Assembly: GCA_028534125.1 (NCBI GenBank)
Contig: CM052817.1
Span: 98,210,001 to 98,274,000 of the forward strand
Length of the DNA stretch: 64,000 nucleotides
Origin: Lama glama
Lineage: Eukaryota
Reading direction: 5' to 3'
The position numbers and the translations under genes were made by a program. Below the pieces are notes generated by a model. The model was not told the DNA's origin. It searched no databases and saw only the letters and a program-made list of their open reading frames with translations. Below, piece after piece: positions 49,422-63,149 of the stretch; the stretch's first letter is position 1, and every line of letters begins with the position of its first letter.

Positions 49422-51296
49422 GTATCCATTGTTTGAACTGTATTACTGCTGTCTGGTAGTTCTTGGAGCTGCTGCCTTTTAGAGACTGTGCTCCTGCTGC
49501 ATCTTACAGCTTCATCTCTTCAGGCATCCCAGCCCATCTTCTTCGCCTCGTCCCCCTTTCCTTAGTAACCCTGTCCATTCACTACTTCAAAACCATTTAT
49601 GAAAACCATTTTGTCAATCAAGCCTGATTTATCCTTTGGTTCTGGTTTAGGAATGTTAGTATCATTTTGAAAGGAAAAGAAAATTCAGGAAATAGAACGT
49701 TCAGATTTTGATTTGTTTTAAGGCTTAATGACAGTGTTCTTAAAGAAGGGAAGTCTTGTTTGTTCATTTCCCTTTTCTCTGACGTATCTGAACTAGGAAA
49801 TATGTCCTGATACCTAGCCCCCAAGTCCTGCCACTTCACCACTGATGCTACATCCTTCGCTGCTGCTACTGGTAGTGATTCCCCCTTGCCCTGAAAATTC
49901 TGTTTCAAAAAGGAGTGTAAGTTGTACTTGGTACTTTGCATTTGCCACAAAATATAAATGTTTTCATGATGTGTGTGTAAAAGTTAGAAGTCAAGATCAT
50001 GCCAAGTCCCTTGCCTTTAGCAGTTTTGCATCAAATCCTTTGTGCAGAAAACCTAAGTTTTGAGAATCGCGCCTTTTTCTTTTTTAGAATATTCTTTATT
50101 AGCAAAGTTTAGCCTCTGCATAGCCATTAAGGAAGTTCCAAATCCATTCAGTTAAAAAGCTCAATAACTTCATATCAAACAATAAATATTGGTCCCAGAG
50201 CACCTTGCTGAATTTGTACTCAGCTGCACACTAAAATAAATACCATACATATTTATATGTGATGGTTGTTGGGAAGAATATCAGAAGGGTAAACAACATT
50301 TGGGGAAACCAGGAGCCATTTGTTTCTTTTGTACCTGACCAAAAATACGTTCAGCTGGTATTTGTACTACTACATAGATGGGCGCCTACAGCCCATCTGA
50401 TACTTCTGCTTTCATCCTCTTTCTCTGCAGAAGGGAAGGAAGAGACAGAGAGATCAAAAACTGTGCCCAAGTCCCAAAATACCACAGCCAAACCAGAGAA
50501 GTACCCTAACAAAGGAGAAACTCCATGTTGGCAGGAGCTGAGTTATCTCCTACTTTTTGGTTTCTGGATGGTAATTGGAAAGGATTTTGTAGAAAAAAAA
50601 ATTAAGTAAAATACAATTTCCACTCTCAAACTTTTTCAAGCACTAGTTTGAAAGTTCATCAGGTCACTGCACTTCTGTGGAAAGAACTGGAACTTTTTGC
50701 ACTCTGGTTTCTTTCCAGATCTTTAACAAAAACATAAATATAATTCCCATTTCTATTTTTGTTGCTATTCCATTGTGCTGTCCCTAAATATTGTAATTCA
50801 TTGATTCTTCCTCCCAGTTTACGTTTCTTTATATTCAGATTGGATGTATGGAATTTCCTTTGCAAACAGTATTAGATGCTGCAAGATTATTTTACTTTAA
50901 ATGTACTATAAATAGTCATTTAATGAAACAAAGAAATGTCTACTCTGTTTTCACTGACAGGGTCAGAGGGGTATATTTGAGTATTTTGTTTCCAACAATT
51001 TATTAGGAACACTTTCAAACGTACTAAAACTGTGAATGACTTACACAATGAAAACCACTTAGATTTCTCCAATCTGTATTTTACTGTATTTTCTTTATCA
51101 CATGTCTCTCCATCTATATGTTCTATTTAAGGATTTTGTAATCAAACAACAGGAAGAATCAGCTGAAAAACATTACAAAGGGCATGGCTGAATAGAAATA
51201 TCCTGACTTTAATAATGTGTTCAACAGTTTGACTTTGCTTTTTCCTATCTAAACATTACTACAAAAATATGGAAGATGTTTGAAATGAACACTGGG

Positions 51297-51359
51297 GTTC
51301 AATTCCCACTACCTCCATTTAAATAAATAAATAGATTAAATAAATAAATAACAAATAAA
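51297..51359 (+). mobile_element. 5'-truncated Vic-1-like SINE with perfect 16-bp TSD
   Basis: gttcaattcccactacctcc plus a (taaa)n tail, flanked by tgaaatgaacactggg at 51281-51296 and 51360-51375. Confidence 0.8.
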
Positions 51360-52871
51360 TGAAATGAACACTGGGATTATGACTCCTATCGATGTTTTCA
51401 CCAGGTTTTCCCATTTTGCAATAAAGTAGTGTTTGTTGAGCAGTAGAGGAGAAAGGGTTATCACTGAGTATCAGACTAATATATAAAGCTCCTTACATGC
51501 CATCACTCTGCCCTCGATTTTTAAATGATGGAGTTTTATAAAAAAGATTGAATGAAGGACTCTAAAGCGATAAACTACAGAGAGATACAAGATGCTATTG
51601 CCAAAAACAGATAGCACTCAATTAGTTTTTTTAAAGGCATTCTTATCACATCTCCCCCTAATATTAGCTTTCTCAATAAACAATAGCCTGCTGCAATATT
51701 GCCAGGGTTGCCCAGCTGAGATGACAATGTGCAATGACAGATGATTGGGACCATCCGAAATTGTTGATGTTATTCACACATGGCACTCACTGGCCCTTCG
51801 GTTTTTAAGATTATCTTATGACTCTAACAAGAAACCAGATTAATATTTATGTGGTAAGGGAGATAAGAAGTGCATTTTTCTGCAATAGAAAAGGAACTAA
51901 AAATATGTTGTGGGTCTGCTTTCACTTACTAACTTTTATCTAATTGAGTCTAATGCGTACATAAAAAGCAAAAAAAGCAATAAGCACACATCTTTCTGCT
52001 TTTCAAAAAGGTTTTAAATATTGCATGTCTATTCAAGACCTTAGTTAAGATTTTCAGATTACATTTGCTATAAATGAAGGCAAAAGAGGTAGGGAAAAAT
52101 ATCTCTACAATTTAATGTAATAATGCCACCATTCACACTCGTTTATGTCAGTCTCTGTTTTTGAAACATATGAATTAGTATATTAAACTACAAGGTCAAA
52201 TTAAAGTTTAGGATAATATTTTATAATCTGTCCTTTTTCTCCAGAATATAGAAAATTTCAGTTTTAAAACAAACAAACAAACAAAATCATTATTTTAAAT
52301 CATCTAGCTAAAATGTTATATTTTCAAGGTATTTTTGCACACTGCCCAGTTTGATAGGATTGAAACATTTGACATTTTGAAAGGAAATGAAATATTATTT
52401 ACATGCTAGAACTAAAGTAAGATACATTGAAATCTTTGTAATATTATAATATTTCTAAATAAGACATAAAGCAATTGCTAGCTTATGATAAACAAAAAAT
52501 TTCTTAATATTATCTGTGAGGCTCTGAAAGGTCTGGCTCCTTCCTGTCTTTCCAGTCTCATCTAGAATTATGTTCACAGGGTTTCCAAGTAAGTCAACTC
52601 CCTAGTTTTCTCCTCTCTTAATGAGATGCTGTTTCTGTCTTTTAAGGAGTCTTCCTCCTTCTCTCTGACTTGGTATCAAATTCTATGCCTTGAATACTTC
52701 TCTGTCTCCACTCTCTTCTGTCCTTATCCAATCCCATGCCCTTAAATATCATAAATTTGTTAATGATGATCAAATTTAAATCTCTAGCTTCAAGACTCTC
52801 TAAGCTTCAGATCTGATGTGAAAGGGGGCGCTAAGATCCCCTGCATGGCAGGGGTGAAAAATGAACCCTTT

Positions 52872-53046
52872 CAGTGATGTGCTGGAATGGCCAGAGCAAG
52901 AGTGACAGATCTCTTCCTAATTCTGTATTCAGGGACATCATATTGGCAGCTTGAAATGGGCCATATTGGGAATATTTAGTCCATGAGAATCAGCAAGTTC
53001 TACAAATCCCCACCCACCTCAGAGCTAGTCTAGCAGCATGTAACTG
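52872..53046. mobile_element. MER63A-like non-autonomous hAT element
   Basis: Termini cagtgatgtgctgg ... cagcatgtaactg; internal ttggcagcttgaaatgggccat...ctacaaatc. Confidence 0.7.
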
Positions 53047-53379
53047 CCTATAACTTCTTGAAGAGGCCCAAGAAAACCAGGGACAGGAAGATCCTGAGTA
53101 ATTAAAATGCTCTTTTTGCCAGTGGGAAATGATTATTGTTTGTGTTATTCCTTGAAGATCATTTTCAAAATCTATTGTTTCAGTTTATTTAAAGTATCTC
53201 TGTAGAAACAAAGTTCCAAATCCTGATCAGCAGCTAGATTTGGTAGCCTTGGGATATTTAACCTCTGCATTCAGATGAAATAACAAGGTTAGGGTAATAC
53301 GTGAGGTCAGAGGAAGCAAATTTAATGACTTGAAGAAATTTTTAATAATTATTATCTAGATCAGGATCCTATGATAGTG

Positions 53380-53790
53380 ACATCTCTAACCCCTACCCAC
53401 TCCAAATATCCGGGAGGAGATACTTAACACAAACTGGCCAATCAGAATTTCTCTTCTGGAAGTTGTAGATCAGTTAGCTGTTGACGACCAAGTTGGAGAG
53501 TCATGGGTATATATTCTGTCTGGCATTGCTGCTGTGAAGAGCAACGTGTTACAGAGCAGAGGAAATGAGACTGCAACAGGAAGAAGAGAACAAATATGCA
53601 AAGAGAAACAGTGCTAAGAGGTTGTGTGGTTCAGGAAAGAGTGGGAGAGAGGGCGAGTTGGCATTCCATAACCCATGATCCCATGTAGCGTGGCTCTACT
53701 GCCCGCAGCTGGCTTTCACGTGCTTCCATTCTGTTCTTTAAACAAACTCTTTTTGCTTAAAAGCTCTTCTTATTAAAAACTGCCTTTAAA
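53380..53790 (+). mobile_element. Old ERVL/MaLR-type LTR
   Basis: actggccaatcagaat near the 5' end, purine-rich middle, aaactctttttgcttaa near the 3' end. Confidence 0.45.
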
Positions 53791-56458
53791 GATTTAGTTG
53801 AGAAAAAAATTTCATTAACATCAGATATGATACCAAACTGACTGCAGTCACCACCTAGATGTTCACCTCTAAGGCATCTCTAAGTTCACGTCTAAAACTG
53901 AACTGAATTTCACCCAAAGCTGCTTCCTTCACGTTTTGTCGTCTTCTTCAGCTCAGAAAATCCATCTTTTTTCAGTTGTTCGGGCTAAAACCACTAGACT
54001 TTGACCACTTTACTCTCACGTAACAACATCCATTCCCATGGCATGTCCTGCTGGCTCTACCTTCTGAATATATTCAGAATCTCAATACTTCTCATCATCG
54101 CCATTGTCCCCAACCTCCTCCAAGTCATTATTCTCTGCTGCCTGGATTATTGCAATAGCTCTTAATAGTCCCTGCTTCTGCCTCTCTCCACCTCCCCATG
54201 CCTCCCAAGTCTATTTTTACACAGCAGCCAGAGTAAATCATGTCACTCTTCTGACCAACACTCCATTAAGCTTCCCATTTCTCTCAGGCTAGAAGCCAAA
54301 AACCTTATAATGACCCCTCCTCTTTAGCTCTGTAACCTCACCTCCAACTATTCACCTCTTCATTTATTTCCTTCCAACTACACAGGCTCCCCTGCTGTCC
54401 TGAAACACTCCAGACACTCTCCTTTCAGGTTTTCTGCCTTTGCTGTTCCTTTTACCTCTTAGAATTTCTCCTCAGTTGTCCCTTAGGCTCAATTGCCAAC
54501 CACTTTCAGGTGTTTGCTCAGATGGCACCTTCTAAATGCAGATTTTTCCTGGTCATTCCATTTAAATTGAAACACCACCTATCCCCAAGACATCCTACCT
54601 ATTTCTAGACCCTTTCTGCCATAGAGTTTACAAGCATATAACATAGTGTGTATTTCATTCATTTTGTTTATTTTGTTTCTCTCCACTAGAATGTAAACAC
54701 TGTGCTGGCAGAAATTTTTGACTGTTTAGATCACAGCTGCAACCCCGTGTGCCTAGAATGGTGTCTACTATATAGAAGATATTCAATAAACTCCTGAATA
54801 AATGGATTAGTGAATTCAGATAATAAATAAAAATACTTGTCAGGGTGAAGTTGGGAAAATGGCTGAATTACACAAACTATTTGCCTCTACTGCCCTAATT
54901 CAATGGAATATTGCCAACTCTTTGTTTTGTTCTATTTTGATTCTGCATCTGTGTAGAGTTTGTTTCCAAAATTTGGGGATGTATAGTAATTTAGTCAGGG
55001 AAAAAGTTGTTTCCATGGGTGCCTGGTAAACTGATTACAATGAAATTGGCAGTGGGTCCTAGTTTTAATATGACACTGTGGCATATTATAATTCTAATTT
55101 CCACTATAAAGTTTTTCAAGTGGCAGGATGGGTACTTTCCTAGGTCCATTTTTTTTTTAACAGAACTTAGATAAAAAAGCTCATGTTGTATTTGGCATCT
55201 GATCATTCATAGCAATCTTCTCAGATAAAAACACAATGTCAGTGAGAAGAAAGGAAAAATCTCCTGCAGTCTAGAAGGGAATAATCTCTTGCAAAACTGT
55301 CTCTGGATGCTAATGAACCAACAATAAGGGACCTATTATAGGATTGTTTTGAATAATATCGTTCACATTAAGTTCCAGTTATGCCAAAGGCAGAATCACC
55401 CTGAGGCTTGGATTCATCAGTTAGGACTATGACACATACTTAAGCTCATCAATATTAATAATGGTTGGTGCATCTAGTTTAGATCAGAATGTAAAAATGG
55501 AAATTTGAGTCTTATTTTTAGTCTTATTTTGACATTATTGATCATATTCTTGAGCAGAAAAAAAAAGGGGGAAATTACCTTGAGGCATCACTACCCTGAA
55601 ATACACACAAACATATATCTTAAAGGGACAACATCAGCATTAAAACATATGTGGAGTCCTCTCCTCCCCATCCCCAGGCTGAAACAGTAACACTAATTGT
55701 GCTTGTTTGAATGTCTTGTGTCCTCATATTCGAAGTTAAGTCTGGTTAGATTAGTAATTACCTCCATTGCCATACGTTGACACTTTAAATAACGATGGAG
55801 GAGATACGAACTGGAGACAAAATGCATTGTCAATATGTCTTGACTTGCTCATAGATTAAGGAAATTTAGAGTAACTCTAGTCATTAAGTTATGTTTGAAA
55901 TCATTATGTGGATAACAGATACCTCTGTGGTCCCTCCAAGGATAATACAGATTCCAGATTAGACACTTTAATTTCTTATGAGATGAATGTGATACTGAGA
56001 TCAGATGGTCAGGATTTTGACATATTCAGTAAAACGCTTTTGACACAATTCTGTTTAAGTATACAATTAAACTTACGTCACAAACTGAGTAGCTGACTTC
56101 AGAAATTTTTAAACCTTCACCTATAAAATTGCTTATTTAATTTGAAGAGCCAGATCTTTTTGGCCAACTGTCTACCAAAGAGATGGGCTAAACTCCTCCA
56201 TCATTAGCCCTCACATTCTCTACAGAATATTCTGCAGTAGGTCATATATTAGAATTTCTTATGACGTTACAGTTTCTATGAACGTGAAAATCACGTATGT
56301 CAGATGATGGGAAGTATGCGGTCTAATGAAATTTGAGAACTGAGAACACTGGAGGTCACCTTAGCTCATTTTTTTTTCATTTTACAAATAAGCAGCTTTG
56401 ATCCAGTAAAACAAAGCAATATGGAGTCATATTAATAGTTTTAATTCCATTATGTTAC

Positions 56459-57012
56459 TGAAGGGGATCCTAAAATATGTCACTTTAGCAAAAGAATTAT
56501 ATTGAGTTGAAGGCAATTGAGAAGCAGCAGATGCAGGAAGAACTCTCTGCTCTTCCACTTTCTGCCTGGGCATAAATTTTCCTTCGCGAAAGTGTTCCCT
56601 TCCCCTCTCCTGTAACAGGAAGAGGGGAATGACTTTTAATCGCACTGCAGAGTCACTGACCTGAGCCTGCAAAACAAACCTTACTAAACAACCCACATGC
56701 TTCATCAGTTTCCCATATATTTATTTTCCCACAATTTACTACACCTAGAAGGCCAACCTCCTTTTCTTTTGTACAGTTACTTCTCCACAATCTATTGCCC
56801 TTTGTTAAAATGGTACATGAGCCCCGAGGTTTAAATGCCTCTTTGGGGTTTTCATTTCTTTTCTGTGAACCCCCTCACACACTGCATAAAAATGTTAAAA
56901 TCAATAAAATATGCATGTCTTTTCTTTGGTTAGTCTGTCTTTTGCCAGCTTAATTTGCAAGTCCCATTCATAAACCTAAAGAGGGTAGAGGAAGAGTTTT
57001 TCCTCCTCTACG
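56459..57012 (+). mobile_element. MER34-family (ERV1) solo LTR
   Basis: tgaagggg...aaaatatgtcacttt...gagttgaaggcaattgagaagcagcagatgcaggaaga...gggtagaggaagagtttttcctcctctac; TSD ttac/tgac. Confidence 0.85.
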
Positions 57013-57339
57013 TGACAAATTTGATCATTTGCCACTCGGTTAAACAGCTAGCATTAAGAATTTCCTCAGAAACAGATATTTCTATAGTGTGTTTGTAATT
57101 CAGCTGTTCTGTTGGTTATTTAGCTTTATTACTTAAAAACTTATACATCTCACATTATCCACTTCAGAACTCCATCCCTTTACATTCTATATGTGTTGCA
57201 GGGCTGGGGGAGATGAGGGGTGTTTGCTATTGCCATTCATCCTTTTAGGATGTTTTAGAAAGATAGAGGGAGAAGGATCCTACTGTTTTAAAGTTGTGGC
57301 ACTAGCTATATTCCAGGATTTAATTTTTAAGTGGTCTTA

Positions 57340-58215
57340 ATTTGCCTTGAACACAATTAAGCGTTACAAAGTGTCAGACATTTGTTAACATAAGGGTAGG
57401 CCATGATGCCTACCCTTTAAAGTCTTAAAATCAAATATGAGGAGACAGTTAAAAAATAAGGAGCAGAAGGAAGAGACTATGGACACCGTGATAGTAGCCC
57501 ATGAGAGATACAGAAGGACAAAGATGAGAGCAGATCATTATAACGCAGCGTGGACTGACAAAAATGAGCAGAGAAGTTGCTTGTTAAGAGGAAGGTGGTA
57601 AGATATGCCGCATTCCTACTGAAAAGTCAATCACAAATGCATCTCAAAGATTCCTAGAAGCCAAGACATTTCCCCCAAAATACAGACCCAAATATCCAAC
57701 TGACCTGACAAATCCATCAAGTTCAACATGTTTAACTCAGAACTTATCTTTCCTCGCAAACTTGGTCTCCTTCACTATAGATATTCCATCTGTTTCTCAA
57801 GTGAGAAATCTAAGACTTGACTCCTTCCATTATCAAACCATTGTCAAGTTCTTTCCTGTTGATTTTGCCTCCAGGATATTTTTCATTAGTAAGTCCAAGT
57901 TTTTTCCATTTTCTCCATTAATACTGTAATCCAAACTATGATCATCAACCACTTCTACTATTGTATTACTTGAGGACTTAGAAGCATACCTAGTACATAC
58001 TAAATGCTCAATAAATATATCTGAATGAATAAATGACTGAATGGACTGGCTTTCTTGCACCCCCTTTGCTTACTTACCCTTTAATTCATTTTCCAAGGGG
58101 CAGAGTAATCTTTTCAGTTCTCTAATATTATCATGCCATTTTCCTATTTTAAAACTCACACTGGCTTTCCATTGCTTTAAAAAAAAATAAGCCTTAAAAG
58201 GTCCTGCATGAATGG
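57340..58215. mobile_element. L2 fragments (minus about 57340-57600; plus about 57670-58215)
   Basis: cccaaatatccaactgacct...tcaagttcaacatgt...; L2 terminus tagtacatactaaatgctcaataaatatatctgaatgaataaatga. Confidence 0.6.
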
Positions 58216-58419
58216 GTTGGTTAATGCTCTCTTTTGTACAAAGCAAGATGAGAAATGTGAGTCTGTGCACTTGTAATTTATCACCATTGTATAGGATTTG
58301 TACTGTGATGTCAACCTCCACATTGAATAATTGGGAACTCTAAGGTGCCATACTTCAATGGATGCAAGAGGAGAGAAAAGATTGGGGGAAAGGTGGTGAC
58401 CCTACATGGCACATATTTT

Positions 58420-59200
58420 TTAAAAACAAAATCTTTGATTATAAATATTTTCAAGCACAAAGCAGAGAGGATATATAACAAACTCCACACACTCATCACA
58501 TACATTTAACAATTATCAATATTTTTAATTCTTTTTATAGATGAAGTATTTTAGAAGTGCTAAACCTCACATCACTTCAGTTCAGCATGTTTTAATGAGC
58601 ATCTTCAATAATGTGCACACTTTCTTGCAAACTAGAATGTCATTATCATACCTAACAAAAACAGAATTCCTAGGTATTACCTGATTCAAAGCCGTATTTT
58701 AAAATTTTCCATTTTCTCAAAAATGTCTTTTTCACATATAAGTTATTAGAATCAGGATCCAAAAAAGGAGCATACATTATGTTTGGTGATCTCCTAAATC
58801 TTAATCTGAAGCAGTCCTCTTTCCCATCTTTTCAAATTTTTATCCCATTGACTTGAAGAAATTGAGTTAGCTGTCTTACAGGATGTCCTATATTCTAGAT
58901 GTCTCAGTGTGATTCCTTTGTGGTCTCATTTAACCTTTTTTTTAATCAGGAAACTTTCTGTAAATTGAAAGTTAGCTCAAAAGATTTAAATAAATTCAGA
59001 TTTAATGTCTTCCCATATCTCCTGCCACCAAGAACACTTAAGTGATGCTGTGTGTTTCACATAGAATCACAGAGGAGGCACATAATATCTCATTGTATCC
59101 TCCTTAGTGAAACTAACATAGCTGTGGGTTCAGCTGGTGACAGACTGAACTCTCCATTATAAAATTACCAATAGTTTCATTGACATGTTTTATGTGCCAG
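58420..59200 (-). mobile_element. Old L1 3'UTR (L1MC4/5-like)
   Basis: aaatattttcaagcaca...cattatcatacctaacaaaa...gaatcaggatccaaa...gaggcacataatatct. Confidence 0.65.
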
Positions 59201-59202
59201 TG

Positions 59203-59273
59203 TTTTTTTTTAATTGAAGCATAGTTGATTTACAATTTTGTGTTAGCTTTAAGTGTACAGCAAAGTGATTCAG

Positions 59274-59315
<42 letters not shown>

Positions 59316-61820
59316 CTTTTTTCAGATTATTTTTCATTATATTTGATTACAAGATATTGAATATAGTTCCCTGTGCTATACAGTAGGTCCTTCTTATTTA
59401 TCTATTTAATATATAGTAGTGTGTATATGTTAACCACAAACTTGTAATTTATCCTTCCTCCACCTTTCCCCTTTGATAACCATAAGTTTGTTTTCTATAT
59501 CTGTGAGTCTATTTATGGTTTGTAAATAAGTGAATATGTATCACTTTTTAGATTCCACATGTAAGTTATATATGATATTTGTCTTTCTTTGTTTGGCTTA
59601 CTTCACTTAGTATGATCATCTCTAGGCCCATCCATGTTGCTGCAAATGGCATTATTTCATTCTTTTTCATGGCCGAGTAGTATCCATTTTATATATATAT
59701 ATACACACACACACATATTTATATATAATACATATACACCACATCTTTATCCATTCATCTGTGGATGGACATTTAGATTGCTTCCATGTCCTAAGTATTA
59801 TAAATAGTGCTGCTATGAACACTGCGGTGCATGTATCTTTTTGAATTAGAGTTTTCTCCCAATATATGCCCAGGGGTGGAATTGCTGACATATGGTAACT
59901 CTATTTTTAGTTTTTTAAGAAACCTCCATACTGTTCTTCATAGTTGCTGCACCAATTTACATTCCCACCAACAGTATAGGAGGGTTCCTTTTTCTCCACA
60001 CCCTCTCCAGCATTTACTATTTGTAGACTTTATAATGATGGCCATTCTGACTGGTGTGAGGTGTGATATCTCACTGTAGTTTTGATTTGCATTCTCTAAT
60101 AATTAGTGATACTGAGAATCTTTTCAAGTGCCTGTTGGCCATCTGTATGTCTTCTTTGGAGAAATGTCTACTTAAGTCTTTTTCCCATTTTTTGATTGGA
60201 TTTTTTTTTTTTACATTAAGCTGTATGAGCTGTTTATATATTTTTGAAATTAATCCTTTGTAGGTCACATTTTTGCAAATATTTTCTCCCATTCCATTGA
60301 TTCTCTTTTCATTTTTTGTATGGTTTCCTTTGCTGTGCAAAAGCCTTTAAGTTTAGTTAGGTCCCATTTATTTATTTTTGTTTTTATTCCCACTGCTCTA
60401 GGAGGTGAATCCAAAAAAAATATTGCTCCGATTTAAGTCAAAGAGTGTTCTGCCTATGTTCTCCCCTAGGAGTTTCAGTCTTATATTTAGGTCTTTAATC
60501 CACTTTGAATTTATTTTTTATACAGTGTTAGACAATGTTCTAATTTCAGTCTTTAATGTGCAGCTGTCCAGTTTTCCCAGCACCGCTTATTGAAGAGACT
60601 GTCTTTTCTTCATTGCATATTCTTGCCTCCTTTGTCAAAGACTAATTGACCATAGGTGCACGGATTTTTCAGGGGACGCTCTCTAGTCTGTTTCATTTAA
60701 CTATGTGTTTGTCTTTTTCTTCCAATCCAAGAACACGGTATATCTTTCCATTTGTTTGTGTCATCTTCAATTCCTTTCATCAGCATCTTAAACTCTTCAG
60801 AGTATAGGTTTTTTGCTTCCTTAGGTAGGTTTATTCCTAGCTATTTTATTCTTTTTGATGTCATGGTAAATGGGATTATTTCCTTAATTTCTCTTTCTGA
60901 TATTTCATTGTTAGTGTACAGAAATGCAACAGGTTTCTGTATATTAATTTTACATCCTGCAACTTTACCAATTTAATGAGCTCTAGTAGTTTTCTGGTAA
61001 TGTCTTAAGAATTTTCTATGTATAGTATCATGCCGTCTGTAACCAGTGACAGTATTACTTCTTTTCCAATTTAGATTCCTTTTATTTTTTATTTCTTCTC
61101 TGATTGCTGTGGCTAGGACTTTGAAAATTATGTTGAATAAAAGTGGCAACAGTGGGCATCCTTGTCTTGTTCCTGATCTTAGAGGAAATGCTTTCAGCTT
61201 TTCACCATTGAGTATGATGTTAGCTGTGTGCTTGTCAGATATGGCCTTTATTAAGTTGAGGTAACTCTCCTCCATGCTCACTTTTTGGAGAGTTTTTTTT
61301 TTAATCATGAACGGATGTTGCATTTTATCAAAAGCTTTCTCTGCATCTATTTAGATGATCACATGATTTTTATTCTTCAGTGTGTTAATGTAGTGTATCA
61401 CATTGATTGATTTGCAAATGTTGAAAAATCGTTGCATCCCTGAGATAAATCCCACTTGATCATGGTGTATGATCCTTTTAATGTATTGGTGGATTTGGTT
61501 TGCTAATATTTTGTTGAGGATTTTTGCATCAATGTTCATCAGTGATATTGGCCTGTACTTTTCTTTGTTTGTGGTATCTTTGTCTAGTTTTGGTATCAGG
61601 GTGATGGTGGACTCACAGAATGAGTTCAGAAGTGTTCCATCCTATGCAGTTTTTTGAAATAGTTTTAGAAGGATAGGTGTTAACTTTTCTCTAAATGTTT
61701 GGTAGAATACACCTGTGATCCCATCTGGTTCTAAACTTTTGTTTGTTGGGATTCAACTTGAGTACTGATAATTAGTCTGTTCATATGATCTACTTGTTAC
61801 TGGTTCAGTCTTGGAAAATT
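59203..61820 (-). mobile_element. 5'-truncated L1 (3'UTR plus about 2.2 kb of ORF2) with an internal deletion near 60715
   Basis: ORF track peptides [46 protein letters not shown] and [25 protein letters not shown]. Its 3' end is homologous to 34852-35114. Confidence 0.95.
59275..59314. repeat. (TA)20 microsatellite within the L1 3'UTR
   Basis: Perfect TA dinucleotide run of 40 nt. Confidence 0.95.
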
Positions 61821-61884
61821 GATTGTGTCTTCTTTTGAGAAAGTTTATTCCAACTTTTTGCCTATCTTTTATTTTGCCATAGTC

Positions 61885-62018
61885 CTGTGGGATTGTGGCC
61901 CACTGTTATGACCTTACAACCTTAATTACTATTAAAGAGCTTATTTCCAGATATAGTCACATTGGGGGTTAGGGCTTTGACATATGAATTTGGGAGGAAT
62001 ACAGTTCAATCCATAGAA
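61885..62018 (-). mobile_element. MaLR LTR fragment (MLT1A-like)
   Basis: tatagtcacattgggggttagggctttgacatatgaatttgggaggaatacagttcaatccata. Confidence 0.75.
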
Positions 62019-62019
62019 A

Positions 62020-62700
62020 TCATACTGTTTTGATTACTATTGCTATTGTAGTTAAATTTTTAAATCATGAATCCTCCAACTCAAGTGAGTACTCCATTCT
62101 TTTTCTATTCTTTATTTCATTATTTCCTCTCTACACTTTATTTATTTACTTTGCCTTTCTTTTCTAGATTCTTGGGATGGAAAGTTCAGTTGTTGATTAG
62201 ATATCTTTCTTCTTTTTTTAATATAGGCATTTGAGATTTCTGCTTTGGTCTATTGGCTACTTAGGCAGTGTTGTTTATTTTACATATATTGAGAATTTCC
62301 CAAATTTTATTGATGTTGATTTCTAACTTGATTATATTGTGGACAAAGAACATATTTTGTATAAATTTAATACTTGTAAAATGTGTTGAGGCTTATTTTA
62401 TGATGTAGGATATTCTTTATCCTGGAGAATGTTCTAAAGGTGCTTGAGAAGAATGTGTATTTTGCTGCTGTTGACTGCTGCACTCTGCAGCTATCTGTAA
62501 GTGTAGCTGGTTTTCAGTCTTGTTTAAATTTTCTCTTTTCTTTGTTGATCTTCTGCCTATTTGTTCTCTATCCATTATCGAAAGTAGGAAATTGAAGGCT
62601 CCAACGATTATTATTGAATTTTCTATTTTTCCTTTTAATTCTGTCAATTTTTGTCTCGGGTAGCTTGGGGCTCTGTTAGTAGGTAAATATGTCTTATTGA
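62020..62700 (-). mobile_element. Old L1M ORF2 fragments (including the endonuclease region)
   Basis: ORF 62417-62647 ELKGKIENSIIIVGAFNFLLSIMDR is a decayed L1 endonuclease motif (IIVGDFNTPLS.MDR). Confidence 0.75.
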
Positions 62701-63149
62701 TGTTTGGTAGGCATTCTTGGCAATATTTTATTATCTATTAACTTGTTTAACTAACTTAAAAGCAATGCCCCTGAAATTGCTAAGAAATTTTATTAATACA
62801 TCTTGTTGACACCAACCATTTTCTTCTCAATTAATAAAAATTAGTGAGGTTTTGTTATACATCTAAAATTTCTATACCTAGATGAAATAAATTTCATTAG
62901 GAAATGTGTGAAATAAACTAATTCTGACAAATATAATAGCATAGTTTAATTCAACCTTTCTTTTTCAAAATAGATTCTTTAAAATAATCAAACTAACATG
63001 TAAATACAAAATGCCACCCTGATATAAATTTTTAAGGATAAAGAAGTGGAAATAAATTTTATAGTTAAAATTTATCAAATAAAACATAAATATGGAAAAA
63101 AAATCATGAAAAATTAAGTGCAGTCAACAAGTGATCACAAAATAAAGGA

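Larger units (their letters stand above)
52650..54820 (+). mobile_element. L2 LINE (about 52650-52815 and 53850-54820) interrupted by later insertions
   Basis: atccaatcccatgcccttaaatatca...; gtctaaaactgaact...ctctaccttctgaatatattcagaatct...ccactagaatgtaa...gtgcctagaatggtg...caataaa...tgaataaatg. Confidence 0.75.
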
